This document shows positions 50,901-64,000 of a stretch of DNA of 64,000 nucleotides, in pieces; the first letter of the stretch is position 1; the number at the start of each line of letters is the position of its first letter. The stretch lies in assembly GCA_003602475.1 (NCBI GenBank), contig QQSC01000010.1, forward strand, positions 20,374-84,373, read 5' to 3'. The stretch is from Candidatus Poseidoniales archaeon (GTDB lineage: Archaea; Thermoplasmatota; Poseidoniia; Poseidoniales; Poseidoniaceae). Position numbers and translations under genes: made by a program. The notes under the pieces were generated by a model that was given only the letters and a program-made list of their open reading frames with translations, was not told the DNA's origin and made no database searches.

Positions 50901-52134
50901 CAGGCCGCAAATGACTCACACCTTCACAACGCCTGGTGAGCACAGTGTGACCCTTGTCGTCTTTGACTCGTTTGGTGAAGCCAGTTTCCCACGTACCATG
51001 GCCGTACGAATTGCCAACCCCTTGCCCCTGATCGATGTGAGGATTCTTGATGGTTGGATCAACGGCTCTCTCGTGACATCCACAACAGCGCTTCCTGAAG
51101 GGACAGAGCCGGACATGTGGTCTCACACCTTCAGCGAAGATGGTGATGTGGTGACAGCACCAGGGAGATTGTTGTTCTTTGATTCCTCGGGTACCCGAGA
51201 CGGCGATCGACAATTCGAGGGACGGTACGTGCCCTTTGAATCCAGCTCCCCTGAATGGAACGGTCTTGTGGAGTACACGTGGGATTTTGGCGACGCCACA
51301 CCTCTCAACCATGAGGCTCATCCACGGCACGCTTACACGCTACCTGGGGCCTACACGGTCACACTGACCGTTCGTGACGCTTTCGGAACGGGGGACGTTA
51401 CTCGTGCCTCCTTTGGTGTGATGGTCGACCATCCACCTTCAATCAACGAGATCTTCCTCACCGACAGCATTTACACCACCATCTCATCCTCCTACGATGC
51501 CAACATCACCGATATGGAATTCGGGAGCACGCTTGAGGTGTACAGGGATTTGGACGTGAACGATGGATCCATACTTGAACGGGACGAACGGATTTCAAAC
51601 GAATACACCGTTCGATGGGAATTTGATATTGAAACGGATCAAGACAACGATGGCGACCCAGCCAACGATTGGGTGGGTACCACGGCAGGGTCGATGGAAC
51701 GGGCGATCCATGTTTACGATGAAACCGGCTTTTACACCCTGATGGTTCAGGTCTGCGATGGGATGGGTCAATGCACTGAATTGACCGCTGACGTCGAGGT
51801 TGTACCAGAGCCTGAGGGTCCACCGTCGCTTTCGGAGTTCAGCGCTGAAGAGTGGCGGTCATGGGCAGCGGATGCTGGGTCTGAAATGGCAACATTTGCC
51901 GTTCTCATCGTTGTTGCCCTCGTGCTTGGGTGGTTGGTTATGCGAGAAAACACCGAACTCGAGGATGAAGCCAAGGAAGCGGCTGAAACCTACACCGATG
52001 TGGAAATGGTTGAAGCCCAAGGCGGATTGCTGGGCATGGATCACCACCAACCCCCACCTGCTCCGAAGATTCTCTCCAAGGAAGAACGACGCAGCGACGA
52101 CAGTGGGTACGTGCGTCCGTTGCGCCGACGTTGA
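47932..52134 (+). CDS. Large secreted zinc metallopeptidase with multiple PKD domains, membrane anchored
   Basis: Signal peptide, HELQH...WIDEG, repeated WxFGD/WDWGD PKD motifs, C-terminal TM. Confidence 0.85.
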   Translation: MSEQRSTPALLLALVMVVTVLSPLVAASGDEQSGSTEQAYDAETGLIVGDLSDFDPSDGADYLFIHEAEPVVSATGFMRQAWIDAGRPGVDDMKYEPVTSGRSARSCTPHTVGDTLTSNTADGTKNVYVAKTTNSVAFLVESGRTLSSTVLNNLASTWDTTIYPTMTTYYGKDYQDGRGLAPPDVDNNCQVQIVVYQMDGAYGTGGYFAPSYSSSREAVFVDFADITLSWGKSILAHELQHLLHNALDPYENLWIDEGNADVAIYLCFGADSTLTGHVNAWTGSPEQSVRWWNQRIADYGAGYMFTMYLAEHLGGGPAVRQLVQDSATGGLGVENLALSPQAGQVGLLGRTMGEIYANFSIAATLDSDQGIYGYPSLTLNPVCSGGSFCTAQPTEINSDWSSPWSSTGNTLEGWGLRSFKFTPGSASAAPLTIRATADVSQFDGVVVTKSTIDGLWSATDLNFVNNVATALVPGFGNLTDEVYVITWYASTVADCDYTSCGPSYPTGIVDVEAARITSPATLALNTTALSDRDGDGLDDTVMISYGVLSNAFFEDLDVNILVTDSSGNNVDTITDRIAAGGGQEVTSEVYFTAPQAGQYNFNLVMNDMLGAVVDSAQTPPQILGNMKPVANGTVASGAVQTWENIQFLGDGFDAWGLSLDNNSLPYFDLPTAYAWTFGDNGSSNLKSPLRSYTSVGAFNATLRVMDQGGTWSDTDVHVVNVTDASAPVPIVTVNNVVIDNEITLLTDQRILFSAGRTVDNVPTEELNFQWDWGDGSTDGGVGMYAAQHEWGEVDGENTTYNLTLEVSDGYNVGQKTILVNVNNRVPVQIFSETLTTQTYTTLVMPDVFIDQDGELVAYDWTFTDGARLGTGTPTRSDEFSTVTSAQANPILAWDTPGNKTVSLTVTDDDGSQMTALLNVVVLNQLPFAAFDVRTSSALGSSDIDFRETDGEVDEAYVFDGRLSMDPDGTIGDSTDIAVWNWTFSDGTFGDRPQMTHTFTTPGEHSVTLVVFDSFGEASFPRTMAVRIANPLPLIDVRILDGWINGSLVTSTTALPEGTEPDMWSHTFSEDGDVVTAPGRLLFFDSSGTRDGDRQFEGRYVPFESSSPEWNGLVEYTWDFGDATPLNHEAHPRHAYTLPGAYTVTLTVRDAFGTGDVTRASFGVMVDHPPSINEIFLTDSIYTTISSSYDANITDMEFGSTLEVYRDLDVNDGSILERDERISNEYTVRWEFDIETDQDNDGDPANDWVGTTAGSMERAIHVYDETGFYTLMVQVCDGMGQCTELTADVEVVPEPEGPPSLSEFSAEEWRSWAADAGSEMATFAVLIVVALVLGWLVMRENTELEDEAKEAAETYTDVEMVEAQGGLLGMDHHQPPPAPKILSKEERRSDDSGYVRPLRRR

Positions 52135-52183
52135 AGGCGACATGACCTAATACCGTCTTCACCACCTTCTAATCGGCGAGAGC

Positions 52184-53221
52184 ATGCGTGTACACTCCTG
52201 GTTGCTTGCCCTTCTTGTTGTGGCAACCGCTCTCAGCAGTGTGGCGTCTCCCATTGAACACGTCCAGGCCGCAGGTGGTTGTGACGGTGAAGTTGTGCCG
52301 GTCGATTGGAACCAAACCGTCCAACGCCACGCTATGGTACCCTTTGACACAGGCATGTATTATTACGACGATTTCGAAGGCCAAGGATTTGATGATGAAG
52401 GTGAAGGCGACGGCGGTGGGAGTTCCACAGCGAACGATGAATCACACGACGATTCATTGCACCCCGAGGAAGCTTGGATGCACGCTCCAACATGGCCACT
52501 CAATGCGTTGGATCCGCTGGAGGAGGGCATCTACACGACCATGCAAATTGGCAACGACAGTTCTGGCGCGTTGCGAATGAATCTATCAAGCACCCATCGC
52601 ACCACCGTTTGCGTGAACTTGTTTTCCCAAGTTGGCAATGCATCGATACCGGCGACGGCTGATGTGTACCTCATGACAACGGCACAATACGAGCGTTACG
52701 AGATACATTACGACACGCTGCACAATTCATGGGGCTACTGGGGGAACTTCAACGACATTGATGAGGCATTAAGTGAGGTGCCTCCAGAGTGGCGCAGCGT
52801 TACACCGAACGGTTGGAAGAGTTACAGGGACGTCCATGAATACGAACAAATCACGGATGTCACTTTTTCAGTGGCTCTTGACGCTCCTGAGATTTACGAT
52901 TCGCTTCTGGGCGATGCGAACTGGCAAGACTTTTACCTCGTTGTGGACAATTGGGACAACGGGCATGACGGTGATCAAACTGCCTCCTCCTCGGTGGTGG
53001 TCGCTGAGGTGAGCATCATCCCCACCGAGCGCTCCCTTGTTCTCCCTACATGGAGCGTCCCACTGGTGTTTTTCGCCGCCATGGCGGTCTTGGTAGCCGC
53101 TCCATTCATCTTGAACAAACGGTACATGGAGGCTGGGATGGTTGGTGTAGACGCTCCAAAGAACATCCCGTTGATGACACAGACGTCCGCTTTGGCGGGT
53201 CGTCATGGGGAAGAAGAATAA
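52184..53221 (+). CDS. Secreted acidic protein with C-terminal TM anchor
   Basis: Signal peptide, Asp-rich body, hydrophobic C-terminal helix. Confidence 0.7.
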   Translation: MRVHSWLLALLVVATALSSVASPIEHVQAAGGCDGEVVPVDWNQTVQRHAMVPFDTGMYYYDDFEGQGFDDEGEGDGGGSSTANDESHDDSLHPEEAWMHAPTWPLNALDPLEEGIYTTMQIGNDSSGALRMNLSSTHRTTVCVNLFSQVGNASIPATADVYLMTTAQYERYEIHYDTLHNSWGYWGNFNDIDEALSEVPPEWRSVTPNGWKSYRDVHEYEQITDVTFSVALDAPEIYDSLLGDANWQDFYLVVDNWDNGHDGDQTASSSVVVAEVSIIPTERSLVLPTWSVPLVFFAAMAVLVAAPFILNKRYMEAGMVGVDAPKNIPLMTQTSALAGRHGEEE

Positions 53222-53222
53222 T

Positions 53223-54020
53223 TCAGTATTCCATCAAGGTCCAAGCGCGCTTAAGGTCGCGGACGTTGACCAAACCCTTGTTTGAGAGTTTGAATTCACT
53301 GCGAAGGGTGGTGTAGACCAGAGCTTGCCCGAGGGCCGGTGCATGGAGGCGGCCCCAATCTCCGCCGTTGCCCAACGCCATGAGGGCGTAAAGGAGAGGG
53401 GTGTTCTTGAGGTCGTAGCATGCTTCGACGATTTGCAGAGCGTCTTGATGGTCGTTGACGGTGCCGCAGAACTTGAAAATGGTGTCTTCTGTTGAATGTT
53501 CTTTGACCATCTCAACGAGTTCTTCGGCGCTTGGGGTTGTCGTGGTGTTGTGGATGGAGGCGATGATGTTCACGCCGTTGGCCTTGGCCATTTCGAGCAA
53601 AGCCGTACGCTTTGATGCCTCGATTGACAGTTCAAGGTCAATGGAGTTCACTTTGGAGGCGATGGCCGATTCCAAAATGGCCAAGCGCTCATCCTCCGAG
53701 CCGGGGAAGTGGCCACCTTCTGTGACCGGGCGAACGGTGAAAATCACAGGCAGAGGAATGCTTTCTTTCAGGGTGCTGATGGCTTCGTTGGCGTCGACTT
53801 CAGTGGCCTCTTTGACGTGCCATTCGTCGTCTGGAGCCATGACGTGCTTGATCTCCCCGTTTTCGTCTTCCTGGGCCTCGGGTTGGGGCTTGATGAGGTA
53901 AAGTCTGTCAAACCGAACTTCGACGAATTCAGCACCAGCGATGTTCGCTCTGGCCGCTTCATCGCCCATTTCTTTCACGGTGGTTCCTTCAAGGGTCACA
54001 CACACTTTCGGTTCAGCCAT
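53223..54020 (-). CDS. aroD: Type I 3-dehydroquinate dehydratase
   Basis: VEVRFD, IFTVR...EGG, IDLE, IASIH, FKF, MALG..G...R. Confidence 0.88.
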   Translation of the reverse strand: MAEPKVCVTLEGTTVKEMGDEAARANIAGAEFVEVRFDRLYLIKPQPEAQEDENGEIKHVMAPDDEWHVKEATEVDANEAISTLKESIPLPVIFTVRPVTEGGHFPGSEDERLAILESAIASKVNSIDLELSIEASKRTALLEMAKANGVNIIASIHNTTTTPSAEELVEMVKEHSTEDTIFKFCGTVNDHQDALQIVEACYDLKNTPLLYALMALGNGGDWGRLHAPALGQALVYTTLRSEFKLSNKGLVNVRDLKRAWTLMEY

Positions 54021-54201
54021 GTCGTCCCCACCTGCGACTTCCTCTTAACGCTCACGCCTCGTTTCATGGGACAGGACTGACATGTTTGGTGTATGTTTGA
54101 ACCAAAGTTGGCCACGGGTTCTCTGCTGTCAAAACCGGCCGTCGAAAAAGGGGCTAAAATGCGACGCTATGTAGCGATTTTGGGGGGGCGGTTAGGGTAT
54201 G

Positions 54202-58991
<4,790 letters not shown>

Positions 58992-59100
58992 ATCTTCGCC
59001 TTGATTCAGAACTTCGGTATCATCTGGACGAAGCGACGCCTTCAAACGGTATGGCAGGCCGTGTGGAGGTGCTGGGCTCTTCTTCCCAGCAGGTGATGGT

Positions 59101-60357
59101 ATGGACGCTTCTTCGTTGATTTACGACTGGAACACCGTTGAGTATGAATTCAACCGCAACCCCGCCAATCATCCGCACGGGGTTTGGTTTGATGATGAAA
59201 CCCTCCGCGACGGCCTGCAAAGCCCCAGTGCTCGCAACCCCACCATTGAACAAAAGATCGAATTGCTCACCTTCATGGAGCGTTTGGGCTTGCAAAAGGT
59301 GGATTTAGGTCTCCCTGGAGCGGGCCCCTACCATCTTGATCACATCGACGCCATGTTGACCCACATCAGCGATAACGGGTTCCAGATCCGACCCGGGGCA
59401 GCCGTTCGAACACTGATGGGCGACATCGAGCCGGTTGTGGAAATGCAAGCTAAACACGAGATGGAAGTCCAAGCCTCCGCCTTCCTTGGGACCAGCCCCA
59501 TTCGCCAATACACCGAGGGATGGACGATGGAGAAGCTCATGACCACCATGGAAAAAGCGGTCTCCTTCGCCGTGGAAAACGACGTTCCCGTCATGTTCGT
59601 GACCGAAGACACCACCAGATCCAAACCCGAGGATGTGAAGATGATTTACCAACGCGCCATGGAACTTGGCGTTCGTCGACTCTGCATCTGCGACACATGT
59701 GGTCACGTTGCTCCAAACGGTGTCAAGAAATTGCTGGCGTTCATCGACGAAGAGGTCATCAAGGATGCTGGGTATCAACGCCGAGACATTGAGGTCAATT
59801 GGCACGGTCACCAAGACCGTGGTTTAGGCGTTGCTAACAACCTTGCAGCGGTTGAAGCCGGTGCAGATGTCATTCATGGAACCGCTCTGGGTGTGGGCGA
59901 ACGAGCAGGCAACGCCCCACTTGACCAGACCTTGGTTAATCTCAAACTCATGGGCGTCATTGACAACGACTTGACCCTGCTCGACGCCTACATGCAAAAA
60001 GCAAACGAGTACGTTGAGGTTCCATTGCCTCGAAATTATCCCGTCTTTGGCGAGGACGCTTTCGAAACCGGCACGGGTGTCCACGCATCCGCTGTCATCA
60101 AAGCCATGCGAAAAGGGGACGATTGGTTGGCTGACCGCGTGTATTCAGGTGTTCCTGCAGGAGACTTTGGTTTGAAGCAGGTGATCAGAATTGGGCACAT
60201 GTCCGGCCGCTCCAACATCGTGTGGTGGCTTGAACAAAACGGCTTGGAAGCAACCGATGAGTTGGTCGCTCACCTGTTTGAAATCGCCAAAAGTCAGAAA
60301 AGGAACATGCTTGATGAAGAGATTCATGCAGCGGTGGCCACGTTTACGCAAGGTTAG
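59101..60357 (+). CDS. LeuA/homocitrate synthase family (DRE-TIM) enzyme without regulatory domain
   Basis: DETLRDGLQ, HGHQDRG, GVGERAGN, TGVHA; substrate not assignable. Confidence 0.85.
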   Translation: MDASSLIYDWNTVEYEFNRNPANHPHGVWFDDETLRDGLQSPSARNPTIEQKIELLTFMERLGLQKVDLGLPGAGPYHLDHIDAMLTHISDNGFQIRPGAAVRTLMGDIEPVVEMQAKHEMEVQASAFLGTSPIRQYTEGWTMEKLMTTMEKAVSFAVENDVPVMFVTEDTTRSKPEDVKMIYQRAMELGVRRLCICDTCGHVAPNGVKKLLAFIDEEVIKDAGYQRRDIEVNWHGHQDRGLGVANNLAAVEAGADVIHGTALGVGERAGNAPLDQTLVNLKLMGVIDNDLTLLDAYMQKANEYVEVPLPRNYPVFGEDAFETGTGVHASAVIKAMRKGDDWLADRVYSGVPAGDFGLKQVIRIGHMSGRSNIVWWLEQNGLEATDELVAHLFEIAKSQKRNMLDEEIHAAVATFTQG

Positions 60358-60364
60358 GAAGGCC

Positions 60365-60529
60365 TCACGACCAGAAATAATACCAGCCAACCCACAAAAA
60401 CATCAGGGTCACGGCCGTCCAATACAACGGTTTGACCCATTTTTTAGTGCCGATTTTCTCATCCAAAGCATCGCCAACGGACCCCAACACTTCTTCAGCC
60501 AACTCGTAGGGGATGAGGTCTGCTGGCAT
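60365..60529 (-). CDS. 54-aa small membrane protein
   Basis: Own translation MPADLIPYELAEEVLGSVGDALDEKIGTKKWVKPLYWTAVTLMFLWVGWYYFWS; fills the intergenic gap. Confidence 0.65.
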   Translation of the reverse strand: MPADLIPYELAEEVLGSVGDALDEKIGTKKWVKPLYWTAVTLMFLWVGWYYFWS

Positions 60530-60594
60530 GGGGGTACCTGCTTGGAAATTCCATCAGCAAGACATGAACTTATCTCCGGATTTTTGAGAGGGTC

Positions 60595-61890
60595 TCAAGC
60601 TTCTTCTTCACCTTCCGGACCGGGTGCGATTTGGCTCTCCATCCAATCGTTATCGATGTCACCGTGAACCCAATCACCTTCGACGGAGATCTCATTGATT
60701 TCGTGTTCTTCTCGCCAAATCTGCTGTTCACGGCTGCCATTGACAATGAAATGACCGCTCTCATCAATCTGTTCGCTGAGCAAATCAAAGTGTTTTGAAA
60801 TGGGTAAAAAGTGTCCCACAGGCATGCCGGGGGCGGTGAACGGGTTGGTGGCTGAACCCAGGACAAGCCCGTCCTCCGGAGCAACGATGTCCACGGTCAT
60901 GCCCGGCGTGGCTGGGTCAGAAATCGTAGCAACAACTTCGCCCTCTCGCATCACGCTGCCGGCCGATACAAACATGTCCAGCAATCCGCCTTCCGATGCT
61001 CGAAGCCATGTAGAGCCCGAAGCCATGATGCGGAATTTAGGTCGCTGCGGTGCTCCAGGTGCCATTTTGAGCGTTCGCAGTAGATTCATGACCCCGTAGA
61101 CCGCCACCCGCACGGATTGATCTCCGAGGAAATCAGCGCCTCCGCCCTCGTACGTGATCACCGGAATGTCTTCTTGATTGGCAGCGTATCGGAGTGTTCC
61201 TTTCGGGGGCATGGAATCGATGATGATCTCTACGCCGAAGGCTTTGGCCAGCATGTACGAGGTTGTGTGGCTCAAATTCACGCGAACCTGAGGCATGTTG
61301 ATCCGTCCTTTAGCTGCAGCGTGAAGGTCAACGATGCCATCGCTGTCTTCAACCAAGTGACGCCAAACTTGTGCTGCGACGCGTCGCGTGGTTGATCCCG
61401 AGGGGTTTCCAGGGAATTGGCGGTTCAGGTCCCTCCCATCCGGAAAATAGCGCGTTTTCGCCCGATAACCGGGAAGGTTGACGACAGGAACAATTCGCAA
61501 TGTTCCGGCCAATGTGGCTGGGTCCAACGGTTTTCCTGGGTCGGTAAAGGCGTTGCTCAACAAGTGGGTGCACGCTGACGGGCCGGTCAATTCGTCGCCA
61601 TGAATTCCTCCGAGAACGGTGATGCAAGGGCCAGGGCGGGCGCCATGAATCACGGTCACTGGGATGGGCCATTTTTCTCCCAAGTTAACGTCCAGCAACG
61701 GGAGATGAACCGTCCTGATTTGACCGGGTTTGATGCGTTTGCGAAAGAACCTCAGTTCTCCCCATTTCGATGAGCGGTCCCATTCAGGCCGATCTTCCGT
61801 TTGGTGGGCCTTGAGCGCCTCAGAGATGAGTTTTTTACGTCGCCGAGGAAGTTCATGGGCCACACGGACTTTCCGTTTCTTTTTGCCCAT
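60595..61890 (-). CDS. Succinylglutamate desuccinylase/aspartoacylase (M14-like) family protein
   Basis: GIHGDE, DLNRQFPG, VDLH, TYEGG. Confidence 0.88.
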   Translation of the reverse strand: MGKKKRKVRVAHELPRRRKKLISEALKAHQTEDRPEWDRSSKWGELRFFRKRIKPGQIRTVHLPLLDVNLGEKWPIPVTVIHGARPGPCITVLGGIHGDELTGPSACTHLLSNAFTDPGKPLDPATLAGTLRIVPVVNLPGYRAKTRYFPDGRDLNRQFPGNPSGSTTRRVAAQVWRHLVEDSDGIVDLHAAAKGRINMPQVRVNLSHTTSYMLAKAFGVEIIIDSMPPKGTLRYAANQEDIPVITYEGGGADFLGDQSVRVAVYGVMNLLRTLKMAPGAPQRPKFRIMASGSTWLRASEGGLLDMFVSAGSVMREGEVVATISDPATPGMTVDIVAPEDGLVLGSATNPFTAPGMPVGHFLPISKHFDLLSEQIDESGHFIVNGSREQQIWREEHEINEISVEGDWVHGDIDNDWMESQIAPGPEGEEEA

Positions 61891-61971
61891 GACCCTGCCA
61901 GCGGTCCGCTCATCAAGAAGGATACCCTCCTCGGTGCGAAGAATGATGAGTTGTCAACCGCTGAGCGGTTC

Positions 61972-62439
61972 ATGGACAAGGTTAGTGTTCAACGTCGACA
62001 CGCACCCAATTCGATTTGTTTTGGATGCGGTCCTGCCAACGAAGAAGGCTTGCGAATAGATTCGTTTCAAATTGACAACGGATTGACCATGACCTTCGAT
62101 CCCAAGCCGTATCATCACGCCTTCCCAGGGATGGTCAATGGGGGCATTATAGGGACCCTGCTTGACTGCCATGGCAACTGGACAGCAGCGGTGGCCATCA
62201 TGGAATCTCAAGGCCTCGAGGAACCTCCATGCACGGTAACCGCCTCCTACAGTGTTCAGTTGCGTCGTCCCACCCCGATGGGGGCAACCCTTACCGTTAA
62301 CAGTCAAATTGAGGAGGTGCTCACGGACCGTGTGAAGGTTCGAATGGAACTGCTCGCTGAAGGCAAGGTTTGCGCTCGTGGCGAAGGATTGTTTGTCGCT
62401 GTCAAGGAAGGCCATCCTGCCTACCATCGTTGGTCGTGA
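61972..62439 (+). CDS. PaaI family (hotdog) thioesterase
   Basis: CFGCG..N..GL, GMVNGGIIGTLLD, LRRPTP. Confidence 0.88.
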   Translation: MDKVSVQRRHAPNSICFGCGPANEEGLRIDSFQIDNGLTMTFDPKPYHHAFPGMVNGGIIGTLLDCHGNWTAAVAIMESQGLEEPPCTVTASYSVQLRRPTPMGATLTVNSQIEEVLTDRVKVRMELLAEGKVCARGEGLFVAVKEGHPAYHRWS

Positions 62440-62448
62440 GGTGGGGGA

Positions 62449-62976
62449 TTGCCTCGCCCAACCCCAGCTCAACACGAAGCCTTGCTTCGCCTTCGAGAGC
62501 ATGTTGTTTCTCACATGAACGATCTTGGTATGTTGGGTCCGGGGAATCAAGAACTTCTGTTCAACACGCCGTTGGGTGTTCTGCGCAAAAACGCCACGCA
62601 ACGGCACGGCGTCACGCGTTGGAAACGCCATCAAGAGGGCTTGGAGCTTCTCACCGTTGACCTCCATCCGAGGTTGTTGACTGAGGAATGGACGGATTAT
62701 GGGACGTTTGTGATGTTCCATGAATTCATTCATGCTCTGGGCTGGCGAGCTCACGATGCAGAATTTCGATCGCTTGAGGCACGTTGGCCAAACAAACAGG
62801 CCGTGTCGCAAGGTCCTCTCTTCACCAACACCTTGCGGTTGGAACAGGCCAAGTGGATTTGGTATTGCCCCTCTTGCGAGGGGAAATTTCCGCGGAAAAG
62901 GCGAGCCAATGGCCGCTTCCAATGCAGAGGTTGTAAGGTGAACTTGCTTGATATGCCCCGTTCATCCTCGCGATAA
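62449..62976 (+). CDS. SprT-like zinc metalloprotease with Zn ribbon
   Basis: HEFIH, HDAEF, CPSC...CRGC; TTG start. Confidence 0.8.
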   Translation: MPRPTPAQHEALLRLREHVVSHMNDLGMLGPGNQELLFNTPLGVLRKNATQRHGVTRWKRHQEGLELLTVDLHPRLLTEEWTDYGTFVMFHEFIHALGWRAHDAEFRSLEARWPNKQAVSQGPLFTNTLRLEQAKWIWYCPSCEGKFPRKRRANGRFQCRGCKVNLLDMPRSSSR

Positions 62977-63012
62977 AATACCCGTGGCACCACACCTGCA
63001 GTGGGGACACGC

Positions 63013-64000
63013 ATGCGAACGACGATGTTGGTGTTCTTCTTGTTCACCAGCGTGCTGATTTTCCCGATGACAGGTCCAGCCTCTGCAGGGTTGACCGGGC
63101 AGGAGGGCGGTGGAGATCTTTACCTCTCGTGCCGCTCTGACAACGATTGTGTTCTAACGCCCACCCCGGTCGGTGAAGAGGCGGTTGGTGGTCAATCCAC
63201 AGCCACAACGTTGCAACCTCAAACCGTCGTATTGGAATTTGATGCAGACCCGGATCAATCCCACATTGCCTTGCTTCCCGAACGAATTGAACGACTCGAA
63301 CTTGATGTCCGTCAACAGACCGAATCGGGTGGTTTGCTTCGCCCAGAAGTATCGGTTCGGTTGATTCTCGGCCCGAGTGTGAACGACTGGGATTTTCCAG
63401 CGGACCTGATTCCTGCCTCGGTAAGTTACGAACCGCACGTGTTGGAGGATGAATCGCTCGATCTTACGGATGGTCGTGTTGTTTGGGTGGGTGAACCCGT
63501 TCGTTTGATTGTTGAAATCACCCTCGATAGGCCTGGTTCGTGGACCGTCAACATGCGAGGGGCTTCGCTTATTGAGATGGACATCCCTTGGTCGGCTTCT
63601 CCTTCGCAAGAGGACGTGGACGAACCTTCCTCATCAACGCAGCCGGTTCAAACAAATTTCGAAGACATTCATCGTGGGGCTTTGGTTGGTGCAGACAGGG
63701 ATTGCTGGTCCTTCGAAGTAGAGGAAAACGAGGTGCTTCGCCTTCTCGTGACATGGTACGATGTGCCCATTGAACTCGAACAGCCCCATCCCGTCCCGGA
63801 CATGATCAATGACATCGGCCGTCGAGCACCTCAGCCAGAGGTCATCACAGAATCCGACGATGAGACGACACAAGTGACCTATAGATGGCGTGCATTGGAA
63901 CCAGAAACGTACTCCTTGTGCATGTTTGGTTCTCCCGACCGCTTCCAAGCATATGCCTGGTCGGGAGTGTTTGGTTACGAATCCCTTGGCCCGACCGACC
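63013..64000 (+). CDS. Secreted acidic protein, N-terminal part (runs off window end)
   Basis: Own translation MRTTMLVFFLFTSVLIFPMTGPASA-GLTGQEGG..., open to window end; absent from ORF track. Confidence 0.75.
   Translation, partial: MRTTMLVFFLFTSVLIFPMTGPASAGLTGQEGGGDLYLSCRSDNDCVLTPTPVGEEAVGGQSTATTLQPQTVVLEFDADPDQSHIALLPERIERLELDVRQQTESGGLLRPEVSVRLILGPSVNDWDFPADLIPASVSYEPHVLEDESLDLTDGRVVWVGEPVRLIVEITLDRPGSWTVNMRGASLIEMDIPWSASPSQEDVDEPSSSTQPVQTNFEDIHRGALVGADRDCWSFEVEENEVLRLLVTWYDVPIELEQPHPVPDMINDIGRRAPQPEVITESDDETTQVTYRWRALEPETYSLCMFGSPDRFQAYAWSGVFGYESLGPTD

Overview
Gene-dense archaeal chromosomal window. The gene content points to Marine Group II Thermoplasmatota (Ca. Poseidoniales); this is an inference from the A-type ATP synthase operon H-I-K-E-C-F-A-B-D, aIF2-gamma, rpS6e, Dph2 and Orc1/Cdc6 occurring together with bacterial-type gyrase, class II HMG-CoA reductase and large secreted PKD peptidases. 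Most genes are housekeeping (ATP synthase, smc-scpA-scpB, gyrBA, nadB, panE, aroD, tmk). No rRNA, tRNA, CRISPR array, intein or mobile element was recognised. The most unusual locus is 26.5-29.8 kb: a nested palindromic array of TAACGC hexamers lies between the HMG-CoA reductase gene and a divergent gene pair. The pair encodes a degenerate P-loop ATPase with a disordered linker and winged helix, plus a beta-propeller-like protein. Other oddities: a KaiC-like triad behind a pilin-like lamin-tail protein, a catalytically dead site-2 protease, a GcvH-like protein without the lipoyl lysine, a class II CCA enzyme, a membrane-anchored Smr-like domain, an extended thymidylate kinase, a 54-aa tail-anchored protein missed by the ORF track, and RNA hairpins after atpK and before gyrB. 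All calls come from motif reading by eye; no searches were run.
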